A DNA stretch of 64,000 nucleotides, taken from NCBI GenBank assembly GCA_963817865.1, contig CAWFQO010000015.1, positions 6,385 through 70,384 of the forward strand. Reading direction: 5' to 3'. The position numbers and the translations under genes were made by a program. Position 1 is the first letter of the stretch. Every line of letters begins with the position of its first letter. Shown in pieces: positions 19,184 through 28,617 of this stretch. Under the pieces are notes generated by a model. The model saw only the letters and a program-made list of their open reading frames with translations. It made no database searches and had not been told where the DNA came from. The DNA comes from an uncultured Solirubrobacterales bacterium (GTDB lineage: Bacteria; Actinomycetota; Thermoleophilia; Solirubrobacterales; Solirubrobacteraceae).

Positions 19184-20108
19184 TCAGCCGGACTTCGGCG
19201 TCGCCTCGGCGAGCGCCGGAGCGTCGTCCGGGGCCTGGCGATCGAGGCGCGGCGGGAGATCGGCCATCGCTTCGCTCGTCCGTGGCGCCGAGGACGCCGG
19301 ACGGGTCTTCTTGGGGGCGGGCTTGGGCGTGACCGGGGTGGCCGGGGCCCCATTGGTGGCCGCGCGGTCGGCCGGGGCCGGGGCCCGAGGCCGGGGCCGG
19401 GGCGTCGGGGTCGGCCGGGGCCTCGACGTTCGTGGCCGCCGCCGCGGTCGGGGGCGCCGCCGCGGTCGGGGCGGCGTCCGCGGCCGTGGCCGCCTGGCCG
19501 TCCGCGACCTCGGCCTCGGTGACCTCGCCGCGCCGGCTGTCGTCGAACTGGCCGGCGAGGACGGCCTTCGACGGGCCGAGCATCATCGTCATGTTCCGCC
19601 CGTCCTGGAGTGGGCGCTGCTCGACGATGGCCAGCTCGGCCAGCTCGTCGGCCAGGCGGTCGAGGATCATCACTCCGCGCTCGGGGTGGGTCACCTCGCG
19701 GCCGCGGAACATGATCGTCACCTTGACCTTGTCCTTGTGCTTGAGGAACCGCTCGATGTGACCCTTTTTGGTGTCGTAGTCGTGCTGAGCGATCTTCGGG
19801 CGGAACTTGATCTCACGGATCGTGATCTGCTGCTGGTGCTTCTTGGCCTGCTTGACCTTCTGGGCCTGCTCGTACTTGTACTTCGAGTAGTCGAGCACCC
19901 GGCAGACGGGTGGCTTGGCCTCGGGGGCGACCTCGACGAGGTCGAGATCCCGGTTCTGGGCGTACTTGAGCGCGTCGTCGATCTTGAGGACGCCGATCTG
20001 CGCGCCGTCCTCGCCGATCAGGCGGACTTCGGGTACGCGGATGCGCTCGTTGATCCGGGTCGTGTCCCGCTCGGGCGGGCGACGATCGAACCGACGGGGA
20101 ACCGGCAC
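19184..20108 (-). CDS. infC: translation initiation factor IF-3 with a long Ala/Pro-rich C-terminal extension; frame change needed near 19.37-19.42 kb
   Basis: Core sequence [22 protein letters not shown]...DLVEVAP...[16 protein letters not shown]...[23 protein letters not shown]...VTIMFRGRE. The core frame has no stop before rpmI. Third-position GC indicates that the tail is read in the +1 frame and ends at TGA 19184..19186. Confidence 0.8.
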
Positions 20109-20599
20109 TAGGCTACGTCCCGTCCAGCCATCCGCTTACGCGGGGTAGCGGAGTCGGGCATCAATGGAGCCGCGAGCGCGTCAAGCCGGCTGGGCGCGCT
20201 GCGTGGTGGATGTCGCTGGAGCCAAGAAGGCCAGTATAGCCGGGAATCGCGCGCAGGTGGGATTTCTCGGCGCGGGCGGCCGCAGCCGACCCGACCGACG
20301 AGCAGCCGGCCGCTGCCGCGGGATGATATCGGGCCCGCGGCGACCCTGTGGTCCGTGGCCGGGGGGCGGCGACCGGCGCCTACCCCGCTCCGGCGGCGCC
20401 GCACCGTCCGGTCATCGGAGTCTTCCGGCGAATCTCCGGCTCGGCACCGCGCGGATCGCGCCCGTGTGGCCAGGCGGGTCTTGGAACTCAGCGGACGCGG
20501 GCTGCACGACATGACCGGTGGCGGGGAGCGCCGCTTCGTGCACCACCCTCGAAACCATCCGGCAGCCTCGAGACTGCCATCAATGTCCAGGAGACCCAC

Positions 20600-21094
20600 A
20601 TGCTCAAGTCCGTGCCGTCGGCGCGTCGCCGGCGCACCACCTTCCTCGCCGTTGCCGGCCTGACCGCCGCGATCGGCGCCGTCGCCCCGACCGGCGTCCT
20701 GGCGGCCACGCTCACCACCACGAGCTTCGCCGCCTTCCTGCCGAGCGGGTTCGTCGCGCTCACGCCGTCCCACACCGGCCGCAAGCTGGACACGGCGGGC
20801 ATCGGCTACACGATGAAGTGCAGCGACAACACGTCGTTCACCGACTGGGACGGCTTCCAGTCGGTCCCGATCTCCTCGTCGGGCGCGTTCACGACGACCT
20901 TCGTCTCCGGTCCCCGGCCGAGCGTGTCGATCCCCGGCGCCACCACCGATTACGCCGCGAAGCTCGCCGGCAAGCTCAACAAGAAGCACACCCGGATCAA
21001 GGGCACGGCCCGCTTCGTCGGCACGATCAAGAAGGCCGACGGGACGACGGTGACCTGTGACTCCGGGCTGATGAGCTTCACCGCCAAGGACTGA
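20600..21094 (+). CDS. secreted hypothetical protein (Arg-rich, possibly Tat-type signal peptide)
   Basis: MLKSVPSARRRRTTFLAVAGLTAAIGAVAPTGVLAA signal-like N-terminus. GGAGA lies 6 nt upstream of the ATG at 20600. Confidence 0.6.
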   Translation: MLKSVPSARRRRTTFLAVAGLTAAIGAVAPTGVLAATLTTTSFAAFLPSGFVALTPSHTGRKLDTAGIGYTMKCSDNTSFTDWDGFQSVPISSSGAFTTTFVSGPRPSVSIPGATTDYAAKLAGKLNKKHTRIKGTARFVGTIKKADGTTVTCDSGLMSFTAKD

Positions 21095-21147
21095 CCCGCG
21101 GGCCGGACCGGACGGCGACCCGCGCCCGGGTCGGGGTCGCCGGCCGA

Positions 21148-22035
21148 TCAGGGGGCGCCGGCGGGCGCGCGGCCCTGACCCGGGAGCGACCGGGCGAAGA
21201 GCTCCCGCGCCCGGACGGTGAGCGGACCCGGGGCGGCGAGGCAACGCCCGTCGATGCTCGCGATCGGGACGACCTCGGCCCCGGTCCCCGTGAGGAAGGC
21301 CTCGTCGGCCGTCCACGCGTCGGTCGGGACGAGCGTCACCTCCTCGACCCGGGCCCCGTCGGCGCGCAGGAGGCCGATCACGTGGTCGCGCGTGATCCCG
21401 CGCAGGCCGCCCGCGCTCGCCGGCGGGGTCCGCGTCACGCCCCGGCTGACGAGGAACACGTTGTCGGCCGTGCACTCGGCGATCTCCCCGGCCGCGTTGA
21501 GGAGGAGCGCCTCGTGCGCCCCGCGGGCGCGGGCCTCCATCGAGGCGAGGACCGAGGTCAGGTAGTTGAGCGACTTCACCTGCGGCGGGATCGCGTCGGG
21601 GGCGGCCCGCCGGACGGAGGCCGTGACGAGACGCGCCCCCCGTTCGTGGACGTCGGTCGGGTAGAGCTGGAGGGGGGCGGCGATGAGGACGACGGTCGGC
21701 CGCTCGCACGTGTGGGGCGAGACGCCGAGCGCCCCCCGCCCCCGGGTGACGACCAGGCGCAGATAGCCGTCGGGCGCCCCGAAGCGGTCGATCGCCTCCC
21801 GGCAGAGGGAGGCGAGCTCGGCGTCGTCGAGCGGGACGTCGAGGAGCAGGCAGCCGGCGCAGGCGCGCAGGCGGTCGAGGTGGCGGTCGAGGAGGAAGGG
21901 CGTGCCCGCGTAGAAGCGGATGCCCTCGAACACCCCGTCGCCGTAGAGGAGGCCGTGGTCGAGGGCGGAGACCGAGGCGTCCGCGGCGTCGTCGAACCAG
22001 CGGCCGTCGACCCAGGCGATGGCGGTGGAGGTCAC
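21148..22035 (-). CDS. class IV aminotransferase (branched-chain amino acid aminotransferase / ADC lyase family)
   Basis: LLYGDGVFEGIRFY...YLRLVVTRG...VKSLNYLTSVLA...AECTADNVFLV...GITR are fold-type IV PLP motifs. GTG start at 22035. Confidence 0.8.
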   Translation of the reverse strand: MTSTAIAWVDGRWFDDAADASVSALDHGLLYGDGVFEGIRFYAGTPFLLDRHLDRLRACAGCLLLDVPLDDAELASLCREAIDRFGAPDGYLRLVVTRGRGALGVSPHTCERPTVVLIAAPLQLYPTDVHERGARLVTASVRRAAPDAIPPQVKSLNYLTSVLASMEARARGAHEALLLNAAGEIAECTADNVFLVSRGVTRTPPASAGGLRGITRDHVIGLLRADGARVEEVTLVPTDAWTADEAFLTGTGAEVVPIASIDGRCLAAPGPLTVRARELFARSLPGQGRAPAGAP

Positions 22036-22065
22036 GATAGGATAACTTACTGAACGAACAGGAAG

Positions 22066-22749
22066 TTGTCTATGGTCCCCTCCCCTCCCCTGCCCGCGCC
22101 TCCGATTCCCGCCGCCGCCGCCGTCCGTCGCCGCGACGCCGGGGCCTCGCGGCGCGCGATTCTCGACGCGGCCGAGGAGCTCTTCGCCGAGCACGGCTTC
22201 GACCGGGCGAGCCTCCAGGCGATCGGCCGCCGGGCCGGCGTCTCGACCGCCCTGCCGGCCTACTTCTTCGCCGACAAGGACGGCCTCTACCGGGCCGTGA
22301 TGGCCCGGCTCCTCGCCGAGCGGGAGGCCCGCCTCGGGCCGATCGCCGCGGCCGCCGCCGCCCACCTCGAGGCGACCGGCGACCTCCCGGGCGGGCTCGA
22401 GGTCCTCGTCGGCGGGTACCTCGACTTCCTCCGGGAGCGCCCGGCCCTCGTCCGGCTGATGGGGCGCGCGGCCCTCGACGGGGGCCGGCGGCTCGGCCCG
22501 GAGCCCCGTCACTCGGTCGCCGTCGAGGAGGGGCTCGGCCGCTTCGTCCGCTGGCTGGAGCCCCGGCGGGGACCTTCGGTCGACCCGGAGCAGCTCCTGA
22601 TCACCACCGTCGCGCTCTGCTTCTTCCCGCTCGAGCACAACGATACGATGCTCGCGGCGATGGGCCTCGACGCGACGAGCGATTCGTTCGCGGCGGCGCG
22701 CAAGCGCCACGTCGTCGACCTGCTGGTCCGCGTGCTCGCGCCCGAGTAG
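22066..22749 (+). CDS. TetR family transcriptional regulator
   Basis: [44 protein letters not shown] region. The start is TTG 22066 or ATG 22072. Confidence 0.8.
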   Translation: MSMVPSPPLPAPPIPAAAAVRRRDAGASRRAILDAAEELFAEHGFDRASLQAIGRRAGVSTALPAYFFADKDGLYRAVMARLLAEREARLGPIAAAAAAHLEATGDLPGGLEVLVGGYLDFLRERPALVRLMGRAALDGGRRLGPEPRHSVAVEEGLGRFVRWLEPRRGPSVDPEQLLITTVALCFFPLEHNDTMLAAMGLDATSDSFAAARKRHVVDLLVRVLAPE

Positions 22750-22764
22750 TCAGCCGTGAGGCCC

Positions 22765-23808
22765 ATGCGACTCGCCCACTTTCACAGCACGCTGCCCGGC
22801 CCCGGGCGCAAGCTCGGCGGCGTCGAGGTGTTCGTGCACCGGCTGGCCAATCGCCTCGCCGACCGGGGTCACGACGTGACGGCGTTCACGTTCGCTGATC
22901 CCCCGGCTGACGCGAGGTACACGGTCATCCGCGCCGGACCGTCGTGGCTCGGGACGAGCAAGGTCGCTGGCCTCACGCTCGCGCCGCTGGCCTTGAACCG
23001 CATTCCCCAAGCCGAATTCGACGTGCTGCATCTCCACGGCGACGATTGGTTCCTCGTCCGTCGCCGGCGCCCGACCGTGAGGACGTTCTACGGATCGGCC
23101 CTCCTCGAGGCGCGCCACGCCACCAGCGTGCGGCGTCAGGTCACGCAACGCGCCGTGTACCCACTGGAGGCCCTCGCCTCTCACCTGGCCACGCTCAGCT
23201 TCGACATCGGAACCCGGCTGCCAAACGGCTACCGCACCCACGGCTCGCTCAAGCTGGCCGTCGCCGACCCGCCTCCGTCCGAGGCGACCCGGACCGAGCA
23301 ACCGACGATTCTCTTCGTCGGGACCTGGGAGGGACGCAAGCGCGGGGCGTTCCTCGCGGACCGCTTCGCTGCCGAGGTGCTGCCGCGCCACCCCGGCGCG
23401 AGGCTCGTCATGGTGAGCGATCGCTGCGAGGAGCGTCCCGGGATCACCTGGGTCCGGTTTCCGTCCGACGACGAGCTCTCCCGCCTCTACGCGTCCGCCT
23501 GGCTCTTCTGCATGCCCAGCACCTACGAAGGTTTCGGGATGCCCTATCTCGAGGCGATGAGTCACGGCCTCCCGGTGGTGGCCACGCCCAACTGCGGTGC
23601 ACGGCTCGTTCTCGGGGCGGGTGCCGGAGTCCTCGCCGCCGATGCCGACCTCGGCCGGGCCATCGTCTCCCTCCTGGACGACGATGGGGCCCGTCGGCGG
23701 CTGCGGGCGGCCGGCCTCGCCCGGGCGGCGGACTTCTCGTGGTCGCACGTCCTCGACGAGCACGAGGCGGCCTACGAGGCGGCGGTGCGGGCGTTCCGTC
23801 CCCACTGA
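22765..23808 (+). CDS. GT4-family glycosyltransferase
   Basis: GGVEVFVHRLANRLADRGHDV N-terminal motif and C-terminal STYEGFGMPYLEAMSHGLPVVAT (E-x7-E region). ATG at 22765; GTG 22756 is an alternative. Confidence 0.8.
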   Translation: MRLAHFHSTLPGPGRKLGGVEVFVHRLANRLADRGHDVTAFTFADPPADARYTVIRAGPSWLGTSKVAGLTLAPLALNRIPQAEFDVLHLHGDDWFLVRRRRPTVRTFYGSALLEARHATSVRRQVTQRAVYPLEALASHLATLSFDIGTRLPNGYRTHGSLKLAVADPPPSEATRTEQPTILFVGTWEGRKRGAFLADRFAAEVLPRHPGARLVMVSDRCEERPGITWVRFPSDDELSRLYASAWLFCMPSTYEGFGMPYLEAMSHGLPVVATPNCGARLVLGAGAGVLAADADLGRAIVSLLDDDGARRRLRAAGLARAADFSWSHVLDEHEAAYEAAVRAFRPH

Positions 23809-23950
23809 CGCCCCCGGCATCTCGCGGCCGGCCGACGAAGCCGGGGCTCACCCGGGCGGGTGGGGCGCGCCGTCGCCACCCGGGTCGGCTCGTCGGTCTC
23901 CGTCGGGATCGCCTGAGGATCTCGTGCACCTCCGCCCCCCGCGAGGACGC

Positions 23951-25891
23951 TCAAGCCGACCGGTCCCGGGTCTGGGCGGCGATCCGGGCGACGAGCGCCG
24001 GAACGGGCATGGTCCCGATGTCGCCGTGGTGGCGCTCGCGTACGGAGACCGTCCCGTCGGCCGCCTCGCGCTCGCCGACCACAAGCATGTAGGGGATCTT
24101 CTGGAGTTCGGCCTCGCGGATCTTGCGTCCGATCGACTCGGTCCGCTCGTCGAGCTCGGCCCGGACGCCGCCCGCGCGCAGCGCGGCGAGGATGCCGGCC
24201 GCGACCGGGGCGAAGCGGTCGGAGATCGGCAGGACGATCGCCTGGACCGGGGTCAGCCAGATCGGGAAGTCGCCGGCGTAGTGCTCGGTGATGATGCCGA
24301 TGAAGCGCTCGAAGGTGCCCATCAGGGCGCGGTGGATGACCACCGGCCGGTGCTCGGCGTTGTCGGCCCCCGTGTAGGTCATGTCGAAGCGCTCGGGGTT
24401 CCCGTAGTCGAGCTGGACGGTCCCGAGCTGCCAGGAGCGGCCGATCGCGTCGGTCATGTGGAGGTCGATCTTCGGCCCGTAGAAGGCTCCGTCGCCCTCG
24501 TTGACCTTGTAGGCCATCCCGCGGCTCTCGAGCGCCCGGACGAGCTCACCCTCGGCCCGGTCCCAGAGCGCGTCGTCGCCGAGCCGGTTCTCCGGCCGGG
24601 TCGAGAGCTCGAGCTCGGGGGTGAAGCCGAAGAGCCGGTAGATCTCGAAGCCCATGTCCAGGCAGCCGGCGACCTCGTCCTGGATCTGGTCCTCGGTGCA
24701 CATGATGTGGGCGTCGTCCTGGGTGAAGTGGCGGACCCGCAGGAGGCCGTGGAGGGTGCCCGAGGGCTCGTTGCGGTGGAGCAGGCCGGGCTCGGCGTAG
24801 CGGACCGGGAGGTCGCGGTAGGAGTGGCGCTCGGACTTGTAGAGGAGGAAGTGCCCGGGGCAGTTCATCGGCTTGATCGCGAGCTGGCGGTCCTCCGACT
24901 CGGTGACGAACATGTGCTCCCGGTACTTGTCCCAGTGACCGGAGATCCGCCAGAGCTCGGCGTCGTAGAGCTGCGGCGTCTTGACCTCCTCGTAGCCGTG
25001 CTTGGCCGTCAGCTCGCGCGAGACCCCGACCAGCGTGTTCCAGAGGGTCGTCCCCCGGGGGAGCCAGAAGGCCGAGCCCGGGGAGAGCTCGTTGAAGTGG
25101 AAGAGGCCGAGCTCGCGGCCGAGCTTGCGATGGTCGCGGGCCCGGGCCTGCTCGAGGCGCGCGAGGTGGGCGGCCAGGTCGTCCTTCGAGAAGAACGCCG
25201 TCCCGTAGACCCGGGTCAGCATCGTCCGGTTCGAGTCGCCGCGCCAGTAGGCCCCGGCGACCGACTGGAGCTTGAACGCCTTGACCGTCTTGGTGGTCGG
25301 GGCGTGCGGGCCGCGGCAGAGGTCGGTGAACGGGCCGTTGGTGTAGAGCGAGACCGTCTCGAGCGGCGCCGCCGGGTCGGCCGCGCCGACCAGGTCGTCG
25401 ATCAGCTCGACCTTGTACGGCTGGTCGGCGGCGACGAAGCGGGCTCGGGCCTCGGCGACGGGGACGTCCTCGCGGACGAAGGTCTCCCCCGCCTTCACGT
25501 GCTCGCGCATCCGGGCCTCGATCGCCGGGAAGTCGGCCTCGGCGACGGTGACCCCGGCGGGGAACTCGAAGTCGTAGTAGAAGCCCTGGTCGATCGGCGG
25601 GCCGATCGAGATCTTCACCCCCGGGTAGAGCTCGGTCACCGCGGCGGCGAGGACGTGGGCGGCGTCGTGGCGGATCAGCTCGAGCGCCGGGTCCCCGCTC
25701 GAGGCGGTGACGATCGAGATCTGGCCCCCGTCGTCCAGCGGGCGGGCGAGATCCCGCAGCTCGCCGTCCACCTCGATGGCGAGCGCCGCCCGGGCCAGCC
25801 CAGGTCCGATCGCGGCGGCGGCGTCGGTGCCGCTCGCTCCGTCCGGGAGCTCGAGGGCCTTGCCGTCGGGGAGGTGCGCGGTGATCGCCAT
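23951..25891 (-). CDS. thrS: threonine--tRNA ligase
   Basis: TGS-domain start MAITAHLPDGKALELP, editing-domain HDAAHVLAAAV, and class II motifs FRHEPSG-like (LLHRNEPSGTLHGLLRVRHFTQDDAHI) and GTFERFIGIITEHY. Confidence 0.95.
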   Translation of the reverse strand: MAITAHLPDGKALELPDGASGTDAAAAIGPGLARAALAIEVDGELRDLARPLDDGGQISIVTASSGDPALELIRHDAAHVLAAAVTELYPGVKISIGPPIDQGFYYDFEFPAGVTVAEADFPAIEARMREHVKAGETFVREDVPVAEARARFVAADQPYKVELIDDLVGAADPAAPLETVSLYTNGPFTDLCRGPHAPTTKTVKAFKLQSVAGAYWRGDSNRTMLTRVYGTAFFSKDDLAAHLARLEQARARDHRKLGRELGLFHFNELSPGSAFWLPRGTTLWNTLVGVSRELTAKHGYEEVKTPQLYDAELWRISGHWDKYREHMFVTESEDRQLAIKPMNCPGHFLLYKSERHSYRDLPVRYAEPGLLHRNEPSGTLHGLLRVRHFTQDDAHIMCTEDQIQDEVAGCLDMGFEIYRLFGFTPELELSTRPENRLGDDALWDRAEGELVRALESRGMAYKVNEGDGAFYGPKIDLHMTDAIGRSWQLGTVQLDYGNPERFDMTYTGADNAEHRPVVIHRALMGTFERFIGIITEHYAGDFPIWLTPVQAIVLPISDRFAPVAAGILAALRAGGVRAELDERTESIGRKIREAELQKIPYMLVVGEREAADGTVSVRERHHGDIGTMPVPALVARIAAQTRDRSA

Positions 25892-26059
25892 CCCGCCGAT
25901 GCTAGTGGGCCGCCGGTCCGGGAGGATCGGCCCCCGGGGGACTCCGCGGGGGCGTCTTCGCTGCGCGGCGCGGGCCGCCACCGCCCGTCCCGCCGAACCG
26001 GCTGCGGGGTGGCAGAGGCGAGCGACCGGCCCCGAGCCGAGGCCGGTCGCCGGAGGCGC

Positions 26060-26245
26060 CTACCTGCGGGGTCCGCCCCTCAGGTTCTCACCGTAGGTGA
26101 AGCGTCCCTTCGGCTTGGTCGCCGTCAGCTGCTCGCGCCAGTCCGCCGGAAGGGTCCAGTTGGACGCGGCAGGAGCGGGCGGGGGCGGCGCCTGCTGCTG
26201 CTGGGCCTGGGGCTTGCCGCCCTTCCTCCGAAGCTTTAGGGCCAT
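26060..26245 (-). CDS. small basic hypothetical protein (61 aa)
   Basis: MALKLRRKGGKPQAQQQQAPPPP... GGAGAAAGG lies upstream of the ATG. Third-position GC is high. No family recognised. Confidence 0.45.
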   Translation of the reverse strand: MALKLRRKGGKPQAQQQQAPPPPAPAASNWTLPADWREQLTATKPKGRFTYGENLRGGPRR

Positions 26246-26378
26246 AAGCGATCACCTTTCTCCGTCATTGGAAACGTCACTGGGAACGTGGGACCGATGC
26301 GGTCTCCGGTAAGCCGATTTCTACCCTGCGTCGCCGGAGGCGTCAAGTCCAATTCGCGGTATCCGACCAGCGCGGCGA

Positions 26379-26948
26379 TTGGCCGGCACCGAGTCGGGGG
26401 TAAGGTCCACCGACCGTGTCCCCGGGCCGCCGAAACGGAGCCGCTTGCCGCACAATAGCTGCCGTATAGCCGCACCGCCGCGGCGCGTCTTCGCCGTCCT
26501 CGCCGATCCCCGCTCCTACGCCTACTGGGTCGTCGGGTCCAACCGGATCCGCGAGGCCGACCCGGACTGGCCGGCGGTCGGAAGCGCCTTCCACCACACG
26601 GTCGGCCTCGGTCCCCTGAAGGTCAACGACCACACGGTGGTCGAGGCGGTCGATCCGCCCCGGATGATCCGGCTCCTGGCCAAGGCCCGTCCCTTGGGCA
26701 CCGCGCGCGTCACCCTCGAGCTCCGCCGGGACGGGCGGGGGACCGTGGTGACCATGACCGAGCGGCCCGGCGACCTGGCGACGGCGCTCCTGCTCAATCC
26801 CCTGACCCGCCTCCTCGTCCGCGGCCGCAACCAATGGTCGCTCGAGCGCTTGAAGGATCTGGTCGAGGGCCGGGTGGAGATGCCCGACGACCGCCGGCCC
26901 TCCCGCTGGAGCTTCCGGCGCCGCCCGGCGGCCGCCGGCGACCGGTGA
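26379..26948 (+). CDS. SRPBCC (polyketide cyclase/dehydrase-like) family protein
   Basis: IAAPPRRVFAVLADPRSYAYWV...TVVTMTERP is the pattern typical of SRPBCC ligand-binding proteins. The start is uncertain; TTG at 26445 is plausible. Confidence 0.55.
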   Translation: MAGTESGVRSTDRVPGPPKRSRLPHNSCRIAAPPRRVFAVLADPRSYAYWVVGSNRIREADPDWPAVGSAFHHTVGLGPLKVNDHTVVEAVDPPRMIRLLAKARPLGTARVTLELRRDGRGTVVTMTERPGDLATALLLNPLTRLLVRGRNQWSLERLKDLVEGRVEMPDDRRPSRWSFRRRPAAAGDR

Positions 26949-27006
26949 CCGCACGCGGACGCGGGCGCGGTCGCGGGGCGCCGGGGGCGCCCGCCGGTCG
27001 GGTCCG

Positions 27007-28617
27007 ATGAGCGTCGATGCGATCGTCGTCGGCTCGGGGCCGAACGGCCTCGTCGCGGCGAACGTCCTGGCCGACGCCGGCCTCGACGTGCTCGTCCTCG
27101 AGGCGGCTCCCCACCCCGGGGGGAGCGTCCGCTCGGCTGAGCTGATCGAGCCCGGCTTCGTCAACGACGTCTTCTCGGCCTTCTACCCCCTGGCCGCCGC
27201 CTCCCCGCACATCCAGGACCTCGACCTCGAGGAGCACGGCCTCGAGTGGACCCGGAGCGAGACGGTCATCGCCCATCCGAGCCGCAACGGCGACTGCCCG
27301 ATCCTCGCCACCGACCTCGACCGGACCGCGGCGTCGGTGGAGGCCTTCGCCGCCGGGGACGGAGCGGCCTGGCGCGAGCTCTACGCCCTCTGGGAGCGGG
27401 TCGGCGACGATCTCCTCGGGACGCTCTTCGACCCCTTCCCCCCCGTCCGCGCCGGCCTGCGCCTGGCCGCCCGGCTCGGCCCGCGGGAGCTCGTCGAGTT
27501 CGTGCGCTTCTCGCTGCTGACCGTCCGGCGGATGGGCGAGGAGCGCTTCCGGGGCGAGGGGGGCCGGCGCCTGCTCGCCGGAAGCGCCCTCCACGCCGAC
27601 CTCGGGCCCGACATGCCGCCGAGCGGAACCTACGGCTGGGTCCTCAGCGGCCTCGGCCAGCAGCACGGCTTCCCCGTGCCCCGGGGCGGTGCCGGGGAGC
27701 TGACCCGCGCCCTGGTCAAGCGCCTCCTCGCCCGGGGCGGCCAGATCCTCTTCGACCGGGAGGTCGCCGCGATCGTGATCGACGGGGGGCGGGCGACCGG
27801 GGTGAGGACGGCCGCCGGCGAGCGGTTCGGCGCCCGCCGGGCCGTCCTGGCCGACGTCGGCGCCCCCCAGCTCTACCTGCGCCTGGTCGACCGCGAGCAC
27901 CTCCCGACCCGACTGCTCGCCGACCTGACCCGCTTCGAGTACGACAGCTCGACGGTCAAGGTCGACTGGACCCTGTCCCGACCGATCCCCTGGGCGGCCG
28001 AGGCGGCCCGCCGGGCCGGAACGGTCCACGTCGGCGAGGACGTCGACGCCCTGGCCAGGCACTCCGACGAGCTCGCCCGGGGACTCGTGCCCGCCCGCCC
28101 GTACCTCGTGATGGGCCAGTACGGCCACTTCGATCCGACGCGGGCGCCGGCCGGGGCCGACACGGCGTGGGCGTACACCCACGTCCCCCAGCACATCAAG
28201 GGCGACGCCGGGGAGGGGATCCGCGGCCGCTGGGACGAGTCGGACACCGAGCGGATGGCCGCGCGGATGGAGGCCGAGGTCGAGGAGCTGGCGCCGGGCT
28301 TCCGCGAGCTGATCCGCGGGCGCCACGTGTTCACGCCGCCGACGATGGAGGCGGCCAACGCCAACCTGGTCGGCGGGGCGATCAACGGGGGGACCAGCCA
28401 GCTCCACCAGCAGTTCATCTTCCGCCCGACTCCGGGCCTGGCCGGTCCACATACGCCGGTGCCCCGGCTGTTCCTCGCCTCGGCCTCGGCCCATCCGGGC
28501 GGCGGGGTCCACGGAACGTGCGGAGCGAACGCCGCCCGGGCGGCGTTGGGGATCCGCCACGGGCAGGTCAAGCTGCCGGCGCTCGGGCCTCTCGCCCGGG
28601 CTCTCCAGCGGCGCTGA
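27007..28617 (+). CDS. NAD(P)/FAD-dependent oxidoreductase, phytoene desaturase (CrtI)-like
   Basis: AIVVGSGPNGLVAANVLADAGLDVLVLEAAPHPGG dinucleotide-binding motif. Length 536 aa. Confidence 0.75.
   Translation: MSVDAIVVGSGPNGLVAANVLADAGLDVLVLEAAPHPGGSVRSAELIEPGFVNDVFSAFYPLAAASPHIQDLDLEEHGLEWTRSETVIAHPSRNGDCPILATDLDRTAASVEAFAAGDGAAWRELYALWERVGDDLLGTLFDPFPPVRAGLRLAARLGPRELVEFVRFSLLTVRRMGEERFRGEGGRRLLAGSALHADLGPDMPPSGTYGWVLSGLGQQHGFPVPRGGAGELTRALVKRLLARGGQILFDREVAAIVIDGGRATGVRTAAGERFGARRAVLADVGAPQLYLRLVDREHLPTRLLADLTRFEYDSSTVKVDWTLSRPIPWAAEAARRAGTVHVGEDVDALARHSDELARGLVPARPYLVMGQYGHFDPTRAPAGADTAWAYTHVPQHIKGDAGEGIRGRWDESDTERMAARMEAEVEELAPGFRELIRGRHVFTPPTMEAANANLVGGAINGGTSQLHQQFIFRPTPGLAGPHTPVPRLFLASASAHPGGGVHGTCGANAARAALGIRHGQVKLPALGPLARALQRR

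Noticed and set aside
18933-20108. A genuine 391-aa IF-3::L35 fusion protein.
   Set aside because: The linker part of that frame has poor third-position GC and rare codons. The +1 frame is strongly coding and ends 50 nt before an rpmI ATG. An indel or frame switch in infC is the more economical reading.
20380-20600. Possible c-di-AMP (ydaO-type) riboswitch upstream of the secreted-protein gene (segments such as GGCGAATCTCCGG, GGCGGGGAGCGCC, ATCCGGCAGCCTCGAGA).
   Set aside because: The resemblance to the consensus (…CCGACAGCTAACCTCGTAAGC…) is loose and patchy. I could not build the pseudo-symmetric fold by hand. It needs an Infernal scan.
22044-22067. AACTTAC-N10-GGAAGTT inverted repeat between the divergent aminotransferase and TetR genes, as a possible TetR operator.
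   Set aside because: Only 6 of 7 positions pair and the arms are short. It could easily arise by chance in this AT-richer spacer, so I did not list it as a feature.
26022-26050. Perfect 10-bp-arm hairpin GCGACCGGCC…GGCCGGTCGC between the small basic ORF and thrS, as a possible terminator or attenuator.
   Set aside because: No U-tract follows on the relevant strand and no T-box or leader-peptide features are visible. It may simply be a GC-rich stem.
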